From Clostridia bacterium (lineage in GTDB: Bacteria > Bacillota > Clostridia > Christensenellales > DTU072): a stretch of DNA of 64,000 nt. The notes beneath the pieces were generated by a model, which worked only from the letters and a program-made list of their open reading frames with translations, searched no databases and was not told where the DNA came from. The position numbers were made by a program, and so were the translations under genes. The first letter of the stretch is position 1. Every line of letters starts with the position of its first letter. This document shows, piece by piece, positions 24,838 through 34,891 of the stretch. The DNA lies in assembly GCA_017504305.1 (NCBI GenBank), contig JAFVRJ010000008.1, forward strand, positions 3,477 to 67,476, given 5' to 3'.

Positions 24838-25730
24838 TAGTCGTTAATAGGTGCGGGACGAGCTTCTCCTACGTAAATGATGGCTAAAGTGCCGGGACCG
24901 CAGTGTGCGCCGATAATCGGACCTACGAATAAAGGAAGTATTGTTGCATCAGGCATCATTGAACCTAATTTTTGACAAACTCTTTCGGTGTCTTGATCAC
25001 AGTCACCATTCATAATTATGATCGGATATTTATCAAGATCTTTAGCTTGTTCAGCGGTTTCCTTCATAACAGTCATTAAAGCTTTATTTCTGCCTGCAAC
25101 GTTAGTTGTGGGTATTAAAGTTCCGCCGGAAGTAAGTTTAATTATGGGCTTTAATTGTAGCATTGTGCCGAGTAGGGCTTTCAAAGCGGTTAGTCTTCCA
25201 CCTCTTTTGAGATACATAAGATCGTCTGCGATAATACTGCAGTTTATATAGGGAACTACTTTGTCTAATTCGGCAACAATTTCTTCCATTGATTTACCTT
25301 GATCGATTAGTTGCTTGGCAATTATTACAGCAAGGCCTGCAGACATACTTATTGCTTTGGTGTCGTATCTTACGAATTTTGCTTTGGGATATTTAGCCTC
25401 GAGTTCTTTAAGAGCCATATTGAGGTTGTTAAAGGTTCCGCTCATAGCTGAGCTAAAGGCTACGTAAAGCATTTCATCGCCGTTTGCGAAGTAAGGCTCT
25501 AATTTGTTTATGTATTCTTGAGCGTTGAGAGCCGCGGTAGAAGGCATATTGCCTGCTTTAACTTCCTCAAAGAAGGATTTTGACATTTCTTCGGTGATCA
25601 ATTCACAAAGATGTTGCTCGTTTTTGATAATATAGGGCATTTTTATAAGATGCTCTTCGCCGTCGATGCCGTATTGTTTAGCTAAATTGTAATCTAATTC
25701 GCAGTCGCTATCATAAAATAAACGTATCAT
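24837..25730 (-). CDS. degV: DegV family fatty-acid-binding protein
   Basis: 297 aa. The 'YDSDCEL' N-terminus and 'MPSTAALN' region are typical of DegV. Confidence 0.8.
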   Translation of the reverse strand: MIRLFYDSDCELDYNLAKQYGIDGEEHLIKMPYIIKNEQHLCELITEEMSKSFFEEVKAGNMPSTAALNAQEYINKLEPYFANGDEMLYVAFSSAMSGTFNNLNMALKELEAKYPKAKFVRYDTKAISMSAGLAVIIAKQLIDQGKSMEEIVAELDKVVPYINCSIIADDLMYLKRGGRLTALKALLGTMLQLKPIIKLTSGGTLIPTTNVAGRNKALMTVMKETAEQAKDLDKYPIIIMNGDCDQDTERVCQKLGSMMPDATILPLFVGPIIGAHCGPGTLAIIYVGEARPAPIND

Positions 25731-25739
25731 ATAATTCTC

Positions 25740-28700
25740 CTAATTGTTTGCGTTGATTTTTTCGCGTAATACCGACTTTTGGCGTTCGATAACGTTGACT
25801 AATTCGGTAAGCACTTTATCTCTTGAAAGCCACCAATCGCGTGACCAAACTCTAACTATAAGCCAACCACGGCTTTCGAGGAATTTGAAGCGATATATAT
25901 CGCGTTCTAATACGCTCGGAGAGGAATGGAAAGCTCTGTAGTCGCACTCTACGCCTAAAACGTAGCTTTGGAGTTCTCTATCGTATATTCCAAGAGATAG
26001 CTTATAATCGGTATTACCGAGGTTGATGTCGACCTCATAGCCAAGCTTTTCGAGTTGTTCTTTAATTTGCACCTCGTATGCTCCTATGGGGTCTATGGTA
26101 GTGGTTGTGCGATGTAAAGTTGCAAGAATATCTTTTGCCTCTTTAGGTTTGTTTTCAGATATTGCTCTTGCATATTGAAGATACTTTTTAAGTAGTTTAG
26201 GACCATTGTTTTTAGTAGTTTCCGCTCTATCAAGTTCTTCAGGCTCTATACTGGTTACTACGTAAACTTTCTTTTTGGCGCGCGTAATTGCAACGTTAAG
26301 ACGGTTTTCGCCCCCTTCGTTAGATAGCGAACCGAATTGTGCAACGACACGGTCGTAATCATTGCGTGCGTATCCTACGCTAAATATGATTATGTCGCGC
26401 TCTTCGCCTTGAACGTTTTCGAGGTTTTTGACAAATAAGCTTGCATTTTCACCATCAATAAACCTATTGCGTTCTTTAAAGAGTTGTTTGCGGAAGGTTT
26501 GAGATTTGTCGGCTTCTGCATCGAGTAAATCCTCAATGTATTCCTTTTGGTCCATATTAAAGGTGACTATGCCGACAGTTTCGTTGCTTGTACGATTATT
26601 AAAGATCTGTTTGACAAGCTTAACGACGGCCACCGCTTCCTCATGGTTATGTCTGTTCTGCCAAGTGCCCTTGACTTTAATTCTCGTAATGGGGGGCTCT
26701 TTGGTATTTTTAACGGTATTAGGTGCTATTTGAAGCTTGTTTTCATAGAACGCCGCGTTACTAAAGTCGATAAGTTCGGCGTATTGGCTACGATAGTGGT
26801 ATGAAAGGTGTACGGGGTAGTATCTTGCAGTAGCCAGATCGAGTAAACTCTCAACCTCAAGAGCGGCTTGCGTTGATAAATCGAAGTTTTCACCGGAATA
26901 ATCGCCAAAATACTTCTTGACAAAACCGGCTGTCGGACGCAATTGCTTGTTATCGCCTGCAATAACGATCTTGCTTCCACGATAAATAGTGGGCAATGCG
27001 TTTTCAATAAATATTTGAGATGCTTCGTCAAATACCACCAAGTCGAATAAATCGCGCTTCAACGGGAAGATTGTGCTGACAACTTCAGGGGAAAGCAACC
27101 AACACGGGAATAGTCTTAACAATAGCTCGTCAAAGTACTCGAACATTATGCGAATTGGGCGTAATCCACGTTGTTTTTGGATTTCGTATAAATAGTCTTT
27201 CGCGTGTTCAGCCGACTTAAAGTATTCAGCGTATTCTCGACTGAATTTGCTTTGTGCAAGAGAACGAGACAATTCGCGTTGATCGGCTTTAAGCTTAACG
27301 ATGCGATTGCGTAGATCATCAAAGGTTATCGTTTTTGACAAGAAGGGCTCTATCATCTTATCCATCGATATAATTTCGTGGTAAATTCTGATGGGCATTA
27401 TCTTATCAAGTACGGTGGACATTGATTGTAGCGTTTGCTCTGAATTTTGATATGCAAAACATAAGAGCTCGCGCACTCCGTCGCTCAATGCGTTGAGCGC
27501 ATTGTTCATATCGCGTAGTTTAACGTAATCGTTAAGAGCTTCGCGTAGCTTTATAAGTAAGGTAACGTTACCGTTAATTAATCCGCCTACGGCAAGAGCA
27601 TAACCTTCTTTATCTAAAACTTTATTAAGTTTTACGTAGTCGTTAGAGTAATCCTCGAGTGCCTTTTTGGCAACGTTCAAGTCAATTTTAACGTTTTCGT
27701 AATACTCGTTATACTTGGTTTGCAAGAAGGGGTATGCCGGCCAGAATAGGGGGAAGTACGATAGACGTAATCCCCTTGCAAGCGAGGGATGCTCAAAGTC
27801 GGTTACAATGCGTGCAACTCGTTTTAAGCTACGTCTGTCGGTCGAGGCGTTTTCAAGATAGAAAGTAGTTAAATATCGACTGTAAGGATATTTTGAGCAA
27901 TCGAAGGGCGCAACGTTACTCGATAGGATTTTGTCGATAAGAGCTTGTGACTCTTTTAACTGATTCATATCGATATCGGGTAAAATGTGCGATACCATTT
28001 CGTTACTCTTTACAAGCTCAATTTGATTGATATAGAATTTTGCAAGATTCTTATCGTCGATAAGCTTAAGATTCTCGCTTAAATCGGCATATTGAGCATT
28101 GATTATACTCGTTTTCTTGAGTTTGTCGTATAATTTATAGTCTTTGGTATCCTTGCCAATATTGTAGCTTCCCGCATACATTTCTTGGAGAGTTAGACCA
28201 AAGTCTGTTTTTGTAAATAACGTATCACTTATCGATTGAAGTACCGTAAGCTCTTGGTTGATATTGCCTTCTACCTTTTGATACTTTGAAGAACTATCTG
28301 CAAAGTTTGAGGTCAAAGTAGCAGAGTGCATTGTGCGTACTCTTTCAAAGAAAGCCATTTTATCCTTTTCAGGATTGGGTATAAGCATAGCCTTATTGTT
28401 GAGTTTGCCAAGACGGGAGTATACTACGTCGAGAGCAGCTCTTTTTTGGCTGACTACCAACACTCTTTTACCTTTGCAAAGAGCATCGCTAATAATATTG
28501 ACAATCGTTTGAGATTTGCCGGTGCCGGGAGGTCCGTAAATGACGACGTTGTTTTCTCGATCAATGACCGAAAGTGCGTTTTCTTGAGCGTAGTCAAGAT
28601 CGTTGATTGAGTAATACGAAGGGGTTAAAAGATTGTTTTGCTTTTTTAAATCACGGCGTTTTCTTTTACGTTCCGCACGCGATTCTTTAGCATTAGGGGT

Positions 28701-29588
28701 AAGCAATGCGTTAATTGCAGGCGTGGAAAGATTATTCTTTTCAAGGGCTAAATAGTCGTTATAAATGGCATTTGCAAGAGGGAATTTACCGATAACGGCG
28801 TAATTGCGAACCTCAAGCCCTTCTAAAGGCATACCGCAACTATCAAAAGTTTGTAGTGTTTTACGTCTTGCCGTACGTAGCTTAAAGCCGTTAGCATTAA
28901 GATATTCTACTACGTCGTAAGGGTTGCTGAACGCATCGTCTGAAAGGGGGTCGAATTCTTGAATCAGTTTATCGGTATTTAGATTATGTTCCTTTGCGTA
29001 TGCAAGGATAAGTGCTTTGTTTAACATTATCGGTTGATTGGGCGATAGCGTTAAAGTGGCTTCTTCTCTTTCAATATTTACGTGAGCGGGGAATAATAAG
29101 AGGGGGGCTTTGAGTTGAATGTCTTTTGATAAAGTGCCGATTACAAAAGGATAACCGATGTAAAGGTCGTATAAGCCCGTTTCCTTTTCTACTTCTTCGG
29201 CCTCGCGTTTGAGATATTTTAAAGCTCCGATTTGCGGAGTTATAATTTTATTGGTCGGAGTAGTTACTTTTTGCTTTTTAACAGGAATTACTTCTTCAGT
29301 TTGAGTTGCAAGCGCTTCAGTTTGGGCAAGCTTTTGAAGCTCAATTTGTGACTCATCAGTTTTTGTGGCTTGCTTTACCATTTTGGCAACAACTTTTTCA
29401 TTTATCAAAGAGAAAGTACGCCTTTCGTGCCATAAAAACTCTAAAAACTCATCGGTATCTTGACGAGTTTCCATAATTGCACCGATATCGTAACTATACT
29501 TTTTTACGATACCTTTTAAGTACAAACTGCGGTTGCTACCGCTGATTTGAATAAAGCGTTCTTTGTATTTGCCGTAAATGGGATTCAT
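25740..29588 (-). CDS. DUF4011-type N-terminus + Upf1-like SF1 helicase + C-terminal DUF559/Vsr-like PD-(D/E)xK nuclease
   Basis: 1282 aa. Walker A 'YGPPGTGKSQT' (~28515-28538), motif II 'VVFDEASQ', 'GDNKQLRPT', 'NVQGEERDIIIFS' and 'RLNVAITRAKKKVYVV'. C-terminus 'LGIYD...LGVECDYRAFHSS...ERDIYRFKFLESRGWLIVRVWSRDWW'. Confidence 0.85.
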   Translation of the reverse strand: MNPIYGKYKERFIQISGSNRSLYLKGIVKKYSYDIGAIMETRQDTDEFLEFLWHERRTFSLINEKVVAKMVKQATKTDESQIELQKLAQTEALATQTEEVIPVKKQKVTTPTNKIITPQIGALKYLKREAEEVEKETGLYDLYIGYPFVIGTLSKDIQLKAPLLLFPAHVNIEREEATLTLSPNQPIMLNKALILAYAKEHNLNTDKLIQEFDPLSDDAFSNPYDVVEYLNANGFKLRTARRKTLQTFDSCGMPLEGLEVRNYAVIGKFPLANAIYNDYLALEKNNLSTPAINALLTPNAKESRAERKRKRRDLKKQNNLLTPSYYSINDLDYAQENALSVIDRENNVVIYGPPGTGKSQTIVNIISDALCKGKRVLVVSQKRAALDVVYSRLGKLNNKAMLIPNPEKDKMAFFERVRTMHSATLTSNFADSSSKYQKVEGNINQELTVLQSISDTLFTKTDFGLTLQEMYAGSYNIGKDTKDYKLYDKLKKTSIINAQYADLSENLKLIDDKNLAKFYINQIELVKSNEMVSHILPDIDMNQLKESQALIDKILSSNVAPFDCSKYPYSRYLTTFYLENASTDRRSLKRVARIVTDFEHPSLARGLRLSYFPLFWPAYPFLQTKYNEYYENVKIDLNVAKKALEDYSNDYVKLNKVLDKEGYALAVGGLINGNVTLLIKLREALNDYVKLRDMNNALNALSDGVRELLCFAYQNSEQTLQSMSTVLDKIMPIRIYHEIISMDKMIEPFLSKTITFDDLRNRIVKLKADQRELSRSLAQSKFSREYAEYFKSAEHAKDYLYEIQKQRGLRPIRIMFEYFDELLLRLFPCWLLSPEVVSTIFPLKRDLFDLVVFDEASQIFIENALPTIYRGSKIVIAGDNKQLRPTAGFVKKYFGDYSGENFDLSTQAALEVESLLDLATARYYPVHLSYHYRSQYAELIDFSNAAFYENKLQIAPNTVKNTKEPPITRIKVKGTWQNRHNHEEAVAVVKLVKQIFNNRTSNETVGIVTFNMDQKEYIEDLLDAEADKSQTFRKQLFKERNRFIDGENASLFVKNLENVQGEERDIIIFSVGYARNDYDRVVAQFGSLSNEGGENRLNVAITRAKKKVYVVTSIEPEELDRAETTKNNGPKLLKKYLQYARAISENKPKEAKDILATLHRTTTTIDPIGAYEVQIKEQLEKLGYEVDINLGNTDYKLSLGIYDRELQSYVLGVECDYRAFHSSPSVLERDIYRFKFLESRGWLIVRVWSRDWWLSRDKVLTELVNVIERQKSVLREKINANN

Positions 29589-29634
29589 TTGCTCTCCTAA
29601 TTAGTGACACTTCGCGATATGCTCATACGAAATT

Positions 29635-29663
29635 ATTATAGCATACCCGCGCGCGTTTGTAAA
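29635..29663 (-). promoter_or_regulatory. Sigma-A-type promoter of the helicase gene (minus strand)
   Basis: The minus strand reads TTTACA, 17 nt (aaCGCGCGCGggtatgc), TATAAT. The -10 lies ~47 nt upstream of ATG 29588. Confidence 0.6.
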
Positions 29664-29824
29664 TTGAAAACTTTGTAAAATTATTGCCATGATTATGACC
29701 ATTAATCTCAAAAAAACTATCGGAAAATGGTAAAAAATTAAAAATATTTATATTGGGGCAAAAAGTATTTTATTTTGATTAAAATTGTGTTACAATTAAT
29801 TGATTTTTGTTTACGGAGGTCAAA

Positions 29825-30655
29825 ATGAGTTACGCCGATAAAATTTTTGTCGAAAATATTAAAGATATTCTTGAAAACGGTTATTCGGATGAGGGATTAG
29901 ACGTTCGTCCTCGTTGGGAAGACGGTACCCCTGCACATACTATCAAAAAGTTTTGTATTGTTAACCGTTACGATTTGCAAAAAGAATTCCCCATAATTAC
30001 CGTTCGCAAAACTTTCTTTAAGTCTTGCATTGACGAACTTTTATGGATTTGGCAAAAAAAGTCCAATCGAGTAAGCGAACTGCGTACTAAAATTTGGGAT
30101 TCATGGGCTGATGAAAACGGTACCATAGGTAAGGCTTATGGATATCAACTCGGCGTTAAGCACAAATATAAAGAAGGTGAGTTCGATCAAGTTGATCGCG
30201 TTTTGTATGATCTCAAAAACAATCCTCAATCTCGTCGTATTATGACCAACATATTCGTTCATCAGGATTTACACGAAATGGGCTTGTATCCTTGTGCTTA
30301 TTCCGTTACGTTTAACGTTTCGGGTGATACTTTGAATTGCATCCTCAATCAACGCTCTCAAGATATGCTTACTGCAAACAATTGGAACGTTTGTCAATAT
30401 GCAGTTTTACAACATATGATGGCTCAAGTTAGCGGTCTTAAGGTAGGTGAGTTTGTTCACGTTATCGCAGATGCTCACATCTATGATAGACACATTCCGA
30501 TCGTCAAAGAAATGATTGAAAGACCGCAATATCCTGCACCCAAGTTCGTTATGAATAAAGACGTCAAAAACTTCTATGATTTTACCGTAGATGATTTTGC
30601 TCTTGAAGACTATCAAGCAACGCCTCTTGACAAGGCCGTTGAAGTTGCTATTTAG
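29825..30655 (+). CDS. thyA: Thymidylate synthase (ThyA)
   Basis: ATG 29825 (MSYADK) preceded by GGAGG. Catalytic Cys motif 'LYPCAYSVTF', plus 'SRRIMTNIF' and 'DAHIYDRH'. Confidence 0.92.
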   Translation: MSYADKIFVENIKDILENGYSDEGLDVRPRWEDGTPAHTIKKFCIVNRYDLQKEFPIITVRKTFFKSCIDELLWIWQKKSNRVSELRTKIWDSWADENGTIGKAYGYQLGVKHKYKEGEFDQVDRVLYDLKNNPQSRRIMTNIFVHQDLHEMGLYPCAYSVTFNVSGDTLNCILNQRSQDMLTANNWNVCQYAVLQHMMAQVSGLKVGEFVHVIADAHIYDRHIPIVKEMIERPQYPAPKFVMNKDVKNFYDFTVDDFALEDYQATPLDKAVEVAI

Positions 30656-30663
30656 AGGAAAAT

Positions 30664-31161
30664 ATGAAAGCTATCGTAGCCGTTGATAAAGAGTGGGGCA
30701 TCGGTAAGAATAACGGGATGTTATTTCACATGCCCAAAGATTTACAGTTTTTCAAGGAAAAAACTTTAGGTAAGGTTGTCGTTATGGGAGGAAATACTTT
30801 GCTTTCTTTCCCTGGTTCAAAGCCACTACCTAAACGTAAAAACATTGTATTGAGCGACGTTTTTACTCGTGATGATTGCGAAGTCTTTGCTACTTTGGAC
30901 GAGTTAATTCAAGAGCTTAAAAAATATCCGACCGACGATTTATTTATAGTTGGCGGAGCAATGTTTTACAGCACAATGATAGATTACTGCGATACCGCTT
31001 ATATAACTAAAGTTGATGCGGTTGGCGGAGCAACGGTCTTCTTCCCTAATCTTGATGAAAAAGATAATTGGACAATGGTAGACGCCGGATCGCCCATCGA
31101 AGATAACGGCGTCCAAATTTCATTTACTACGTACGTTAACAATAGCGTTAAGGAGCTTTAA
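30664..31161 (+). CDS. folA: Dihydrofolate reductase
   Basis: '[31 protein letters not shown]' and 'VVMGGNT'. thyA-folA pair. Confidence 0.9.
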   Translation: MKAIVAVDKEWGIGKNNGMLFHMPKDLQFFKEKTLGKVVVMGGNTLLSFPGSKPLPKRKNIVLSDVFTRDDCEVFATLDELIQELKKYPTDDLFIVGGAMFYSTMIDYCDTAYITKVDAVGGATVFFPNLDEKDNWTMVDAGSPIEDNGVQISFTTYVNNSVKEL

Positions 31162-31162
31162 C

Positions 31163-32353
31163 ATGCAAAAAATTAAAATGCTTACACCGATCGTTGAGCT
31201 CGACGGTGACGAAATGACAAGAATTCTATGGCAAAAGATAAAAGATATTCTTATTCTGCCTTACGTTGATCTTAAGAGTGAATACTATGATTTAGGCTTG
31301 CCTGAACGTGATAAAACCAGAGATCAAGTTACCGTTGATGCTGCTAACGCAATTAAGAAATACGGCGTAGGTGTTAAGTGCGCAACCATCACTCCCAATG
31401 CTCAACGCGTTAAAGAATATAACCTTACCGAGATGTGGAAATCTCCCAACGGAACAGTTAGATCCATATTGGATGGCACCGTGTTCCGTGCACCGATTTT
31501 AGTAAACGGAATTAACCCGTTAGTAGGCAATTGGAATAAGCCCATAACCATTGCTCGTCATGCATACGGGGACGTTTACGCAGGTGTCGAGGCATACGTT
31601 CCAGAGGGCGGCAAGGTATATATTAGCTTACCAAATGGCGAGCAAAAACTTATTAAAGATTTACCCTCTGCAGGTATAATCCAAGCAATGCACAACACCG
31701 ATAAAAGTATTAAGAGTTTTGCAAGAAGTTGCTTTAATTACGCTTTATCTACAAAGCAAGATTTATGGTTTTCTTCTAAAGATACCATTAGCAAAACTTA
31801 TGACCATCGCTTCAAGGACATTTTCCAAGAAATCTATGATTCGGAATACAAACAAGCATTTACGGATGCCGGAATAGAGTATTTCTACACTTTGATTGAC
31901 GATGCGGTTGCTCGTGTAATGCGTTCGAACGGCGGATATATTTGGGCTTGCAAAAACTATGACGGTGACGTTATGAGTGATATGCTCGCAACCGCTTTTG
32001 GCTCGCTTGCTATGATGACGTCGGTACTTGTTTCTCCTGATGGAAATTATGAATTTGAAGCAGCCCACGGCACGGTAACTCGTCACTATTATAAGCACTT
32101 AAAAGGGGAAGAAACTTCTACTAACTCTGTTGCTACCATTTTTGCATGGACAGGCGCTCTTGCAAAACGCGGTGAGCTTGATAATTTACCTGAACTTGTA
32201 GCGTTTGCAAAAAGGCTCGAAAAGGCAACGATCGATACCATCGAGAGCGGAACTATGACAAAAGACTTGGTCGGCTTATTTAACCTTGATGGTGTTACTC
32301 CGAAGGGCGTAAACAGCTTCGAGTTCTTGAACGCAATTGCTTCTCGTTTATAA
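31163..32353 (+). CDS. icd: NADP-dependent isocitrate dehydrogenase (eukaryote-like ~400-aa type)
   Basis: '[13 protein letters not shown]', 'KCATITPN' and '[13 protein letters not shown]...[12 protein letters not shown]'. Confidence 0.9.
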   Translation: MQKIKMLTPIVELDGDEMTRILWQKIKDILILPYVDLKSEYYDLGLPERDKTRDQVTVDAANAIKKYGVGVKCATITPNAQRVKEYNLTEMWKSPNGTVRSILDGTVFRAPILVNGINPLVGNWNKPITIARHAYGDVYAGVEAYVPEGGKVYISLPNGEQKLIKDLPSAGIIQAMHNTDKSIKSFARSCFNYALSTKQDLWFSSKDTISKTYDHRFKDIFQEIYDSEYKQAFTDAGIEYFYTLIDDAVARVMRSNGGYIWACKNYDGDVMSDMLATAFGSLAMMTSVLVSPDGNYEFEAAHGTVTRHYYKHLKGEETSTNSVATIFAWTGALAKRGELDNLPELVAFAKRLEKATIDTIESGTMTKDLVGLFNLDGVTPKGVNSFEFLNAIASRL

Positions 32354-32967
32354 TGGCAAACGTAAGGCGGATAACTTATACGGCATTCGGTAACGCCAAC
32401 ACCTATTTGGTAAGCTTTGACGGTGAGTCAGAGGCATTGTTGGTCGATTGTAGCAGATCATATAAAACTGTAAAAAAGATATGTGAGGATTGTGGCCTTC
32501 AAGTTAAATTGATTCTTTTAACGCATGGCCACATCGACCATATATTAGACGTTAACAAGTTTAAAGCGGACGGTGCTAAAATCGCGATTCATCCGTTAGA
32601 TGCGGATAAGCTTTATACCGATAAAAACCTCGGATCAAGATTTGGTCTTTACATCGATCCAGTTGAGCCGGATCTTTTGCTCCAAGAAGGCGTTATCGAT
32701 TTCAACGGACATAGTATTAAGGTGATTCATACTCCCGGTCATACTGATGGTGGCGTTTCTTTTGAGATTGATGGAATGCTTTTTACCGGAGATACCTTGT
32801 TCAAAGGCACGATAGGTAGAACAGATTTTGAAGACGGTGATTACGCCACTTTGATGCACTCGCTTGATAAGTTAAAATCATACCCAGATGACACGATAGT
32901 TTACCCAGGTCATGAGTATGAGACCACGATTTTAATCGAGAAGAAATATAACCCGTATTTTAAATAA
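32353..32967 (+). CDS. MBL-fold metallo-hydrolase (glyoxalase II-like)
   Basis: Intact 'LLTHGHIDH' motif and downstream 'HTPGHT'. 204 aa. Confidence 0.8.
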   Translation: MANVRRITYTAFGNANTYLVSFDGESEALLVDCSRSYKTVKKICEDCGLQVKLILLTHGHIDHILDVNKFKADGAKIAIHPLDADKLYTDKNLGSRFGLYIDPVEPDLLLQEGVIDFNGHSIKVIHTPGHTDGGVSFEIDGMLFTGDTLFKGTIGRTDFEDGDYATLMHSLDKLKSYPDDTIVYPGHEYETTILIEKKYNPYFK

Positions 32968-34359
32968 ATGAAACTGAAGTTGGACTATTCAAATTTACCT
33001 TCGTATATGAACGACGTGCCCGAAGTAATGAGGGCATTTTCTCCGCATATCGTTATTGACAACGATGCGGAGGATTTGGTTAAGTTAAACGTTGTTGAAA
33101 AAGAAGGCGAGGTCTACGTTGAAATTATTAGTGATAAATTTGATAATTCTAATGGAAGCTTCTATATTGATGCCAAGTTTGCCTCCCTTGAATACAAGCG
33201 TATTGCTAAGCGCGAGGTCAAAAGGCTACTTTATGCTTACTGCAATAAATTAAGTGGTATTGACTTGCCTTACGGATGCCTGACCGGCGTACGCCCGACA
33301 AAGCTATATTATGACTTAATCGGTAGCCATAGCAACATAAAACAATATTTTATTGATAATTTTTCAGTAGAACCTAAGCGTGCTGAATTGATTGAAAACG
33401 TTGTTCTAAATCAAAGCGGTATATATTCGATTGAGGATGGCGAGGTCGATATTTTCGTAAATATCCCAATTTGTCCTACAAGATGCAGATATTGTTCGTT
33501 TATTTCTACTGAAATTGGCAGAGTTAAAAAACTTGTGCCGAGTTACGTGGAAGCAGTGCTCGAAGAAGTCATTGCGCTTAAGTGCCGTATTGCTGATGAA
33601 GGACTTAAGGTTCGCAGTATTTACGTGGGAGGAGGTACACCTACTTCATTGACTGCAGATCAACTAAAGACGATAATCGAGCCACTTTCCGAATATAACG
33701 TAGAATTTACTGTTGAAGCTGGTCGCCCTGATAGTATTACGGAAGATAAGCTTAAAGCACTTGCTGATTGCTGTGTAACAAGAATTTCAATTAATCCACA
33801 AACCTTCAAAGACCAAACTTTAGATATTTTGGGTAGGGGGCATAACACAGCTCAATTGTACGACGCATACGAGCTTGCGCGTAAATTCAAATTTGATATA
33901 AACATGGATTTGATTGCAGGTCTTCCCGGAGAAACATTTTTAGATTTTAAAGATTCTTTAAGCCGTGCGGTAGCGCTTAATCCTGAAAACATTACCGTCC
34001 ATACTTTGTCGCTAAAACGTGGCTCGACGCTTACGGTTGAAGGCGCTCAAAAAACCATGGACGGAACAATTAAGGAAATGACGGATTTTTCTATCGATTA
34101 TCTTACGCAAAACGAATACGTTCCTTACTATATGTACCGTCAAAAGAATATGGCGGATGGACTTGAAAACGTCGGATGGTGCAAAAAGGGCAAACAATGT
34201 ATCTACAATATCGACTATATGGAAGAAACGACTACCGTTCTATCGGCAGGTGCCGGTGCAATGAGTAAATTCGTCTATCATAAGGATGGTAGAATCGAGC
34301 GTGATTGTAATGCTAAAGGCTTTGAAGAGTACCTGCGCAGAAAAGGAAAATTAATTTAA
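32968..34359 (+). CDS. hemZ: Radical SAM protein, HemN/HemZ-like (oxygen-independent coproporphyrinogen oxidase family)
   Basis: 'CPTRCRYCSF' cluster motif and 'GGGTPTSL'. 463 aa. Confidence 0.75.
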   Translation: MKLKLDYSNLPSYMNDVPEVMRAFSPHIVIDNDAEDLVKLNVVEKEGEVYVEIISDKFDNSNGSFYIDAKFASLEYKRIAKREVKRLLYAYCNKLSGIDLPYGCLTGVRPTKLYYDLIGSHSNIKQYFIDNFSVEPKRAELIENVVLNQSGIYSIEDGEVDIFVNIPICPTRCRYCSFISTEIGRVKKLVPSYVEAVLEEVIALKCRIADEGLKVRSIYVGGGTPTSLTADQLKTIIEPLSEYNVEFTVEAGRPDSITEDKLKALADCCVTRISINPQTFKDQTLDILGRGHNTAQLYDAYELARKFKFDINMDLIAGLPGETFLDFKDSLSRAVALNPENITVHTLSLKRGSTLTVEGAQKTMDGTIKEMTDFSIDYLTQNEYVPYYMYRQKNMADGLENVGWCKKGKQCIYNIDYMEETTTVLSAGAGAMSKFVYHKDGRIERDCNAKGFEEYLRRKGKLI

Positions 34360-34509
34360 ATATTTATATTTATTTGGCTCGAATTTGCTTTACAATCCCG
34401 TCAATAATATGATATATTATTCAAGCAATTTACCTCACCCTCGGTTTTAAAGGTACATTTAAGACTGGGAGTAAGGCGGATTAGCTCATTTGAAAAGGAG
34501 TAAACTAAT

Positions 34510-34773
34510 ATGAACAAAGAAGTAAAACAAAGCATTATCGCTAAATACGGCAGATCCGAAAACGATACCGGTTCCCCCGAAGTTCAAATCGCTCTTATCA
34601 CCAAGAGAATCGAAGAACTCAACGTACACCTTTCCACCCATAAGAAAGACCACCACAGCCGTCGCGGACTTTTGAAGCTCGTTGGTCAAAGAAAGAACCT
34701 TTTACGTTACCTTATGGAAACTGATATCGAAAGCTACAGAAAGCTTATCGCAGAACTCGGAATCCGCAAATAG
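34510..34773 (+). CDS. rpsO: 30S ribosomal protein S15
   Basis: 87 aa. '[48 protein letters not shown]'. Confidence 0.95.
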   Translation: MNKEVKQSIIAKYGRSENDTGSPEVQIALITKRIEELNVHLSTHKKDHHSRRGLLKLVGQRKNLLRYLMETDIESYRKLIAELGIRK

Positions 34774-34781
34774 TTCATATC

Positions 34782-34823
34782 GGGGTGGCACTTTGCCACC
34801 CCATTTTTTCGGCTTAAGCCGAC
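34782..34823 (+). terminator. rpsO terminator/attenuator hairpins in the rpsO-pnp spacer
   Basis: Hairpin ggggtggca-cttt-gccacccc followed by ATTTTTT, then a second hairpin tcggcttaagccga. Confidence 0.65.
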
Positions 34824-34891
34824 CAAAAAACGGTTATAATTAACAAAAATATAAATTTTTTATGTTTCCGCGGATGGAAACAGGAGGCAAA

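Noticed and set aside
34862-34891. Upstream ATG 34862 as the pnp start (MFPRMETGGK...).
   Set aside because: AGGAGG sits at 34882-34887, ideally spaced for ATG 34892. The extra 10 residues are not PNPase-like.
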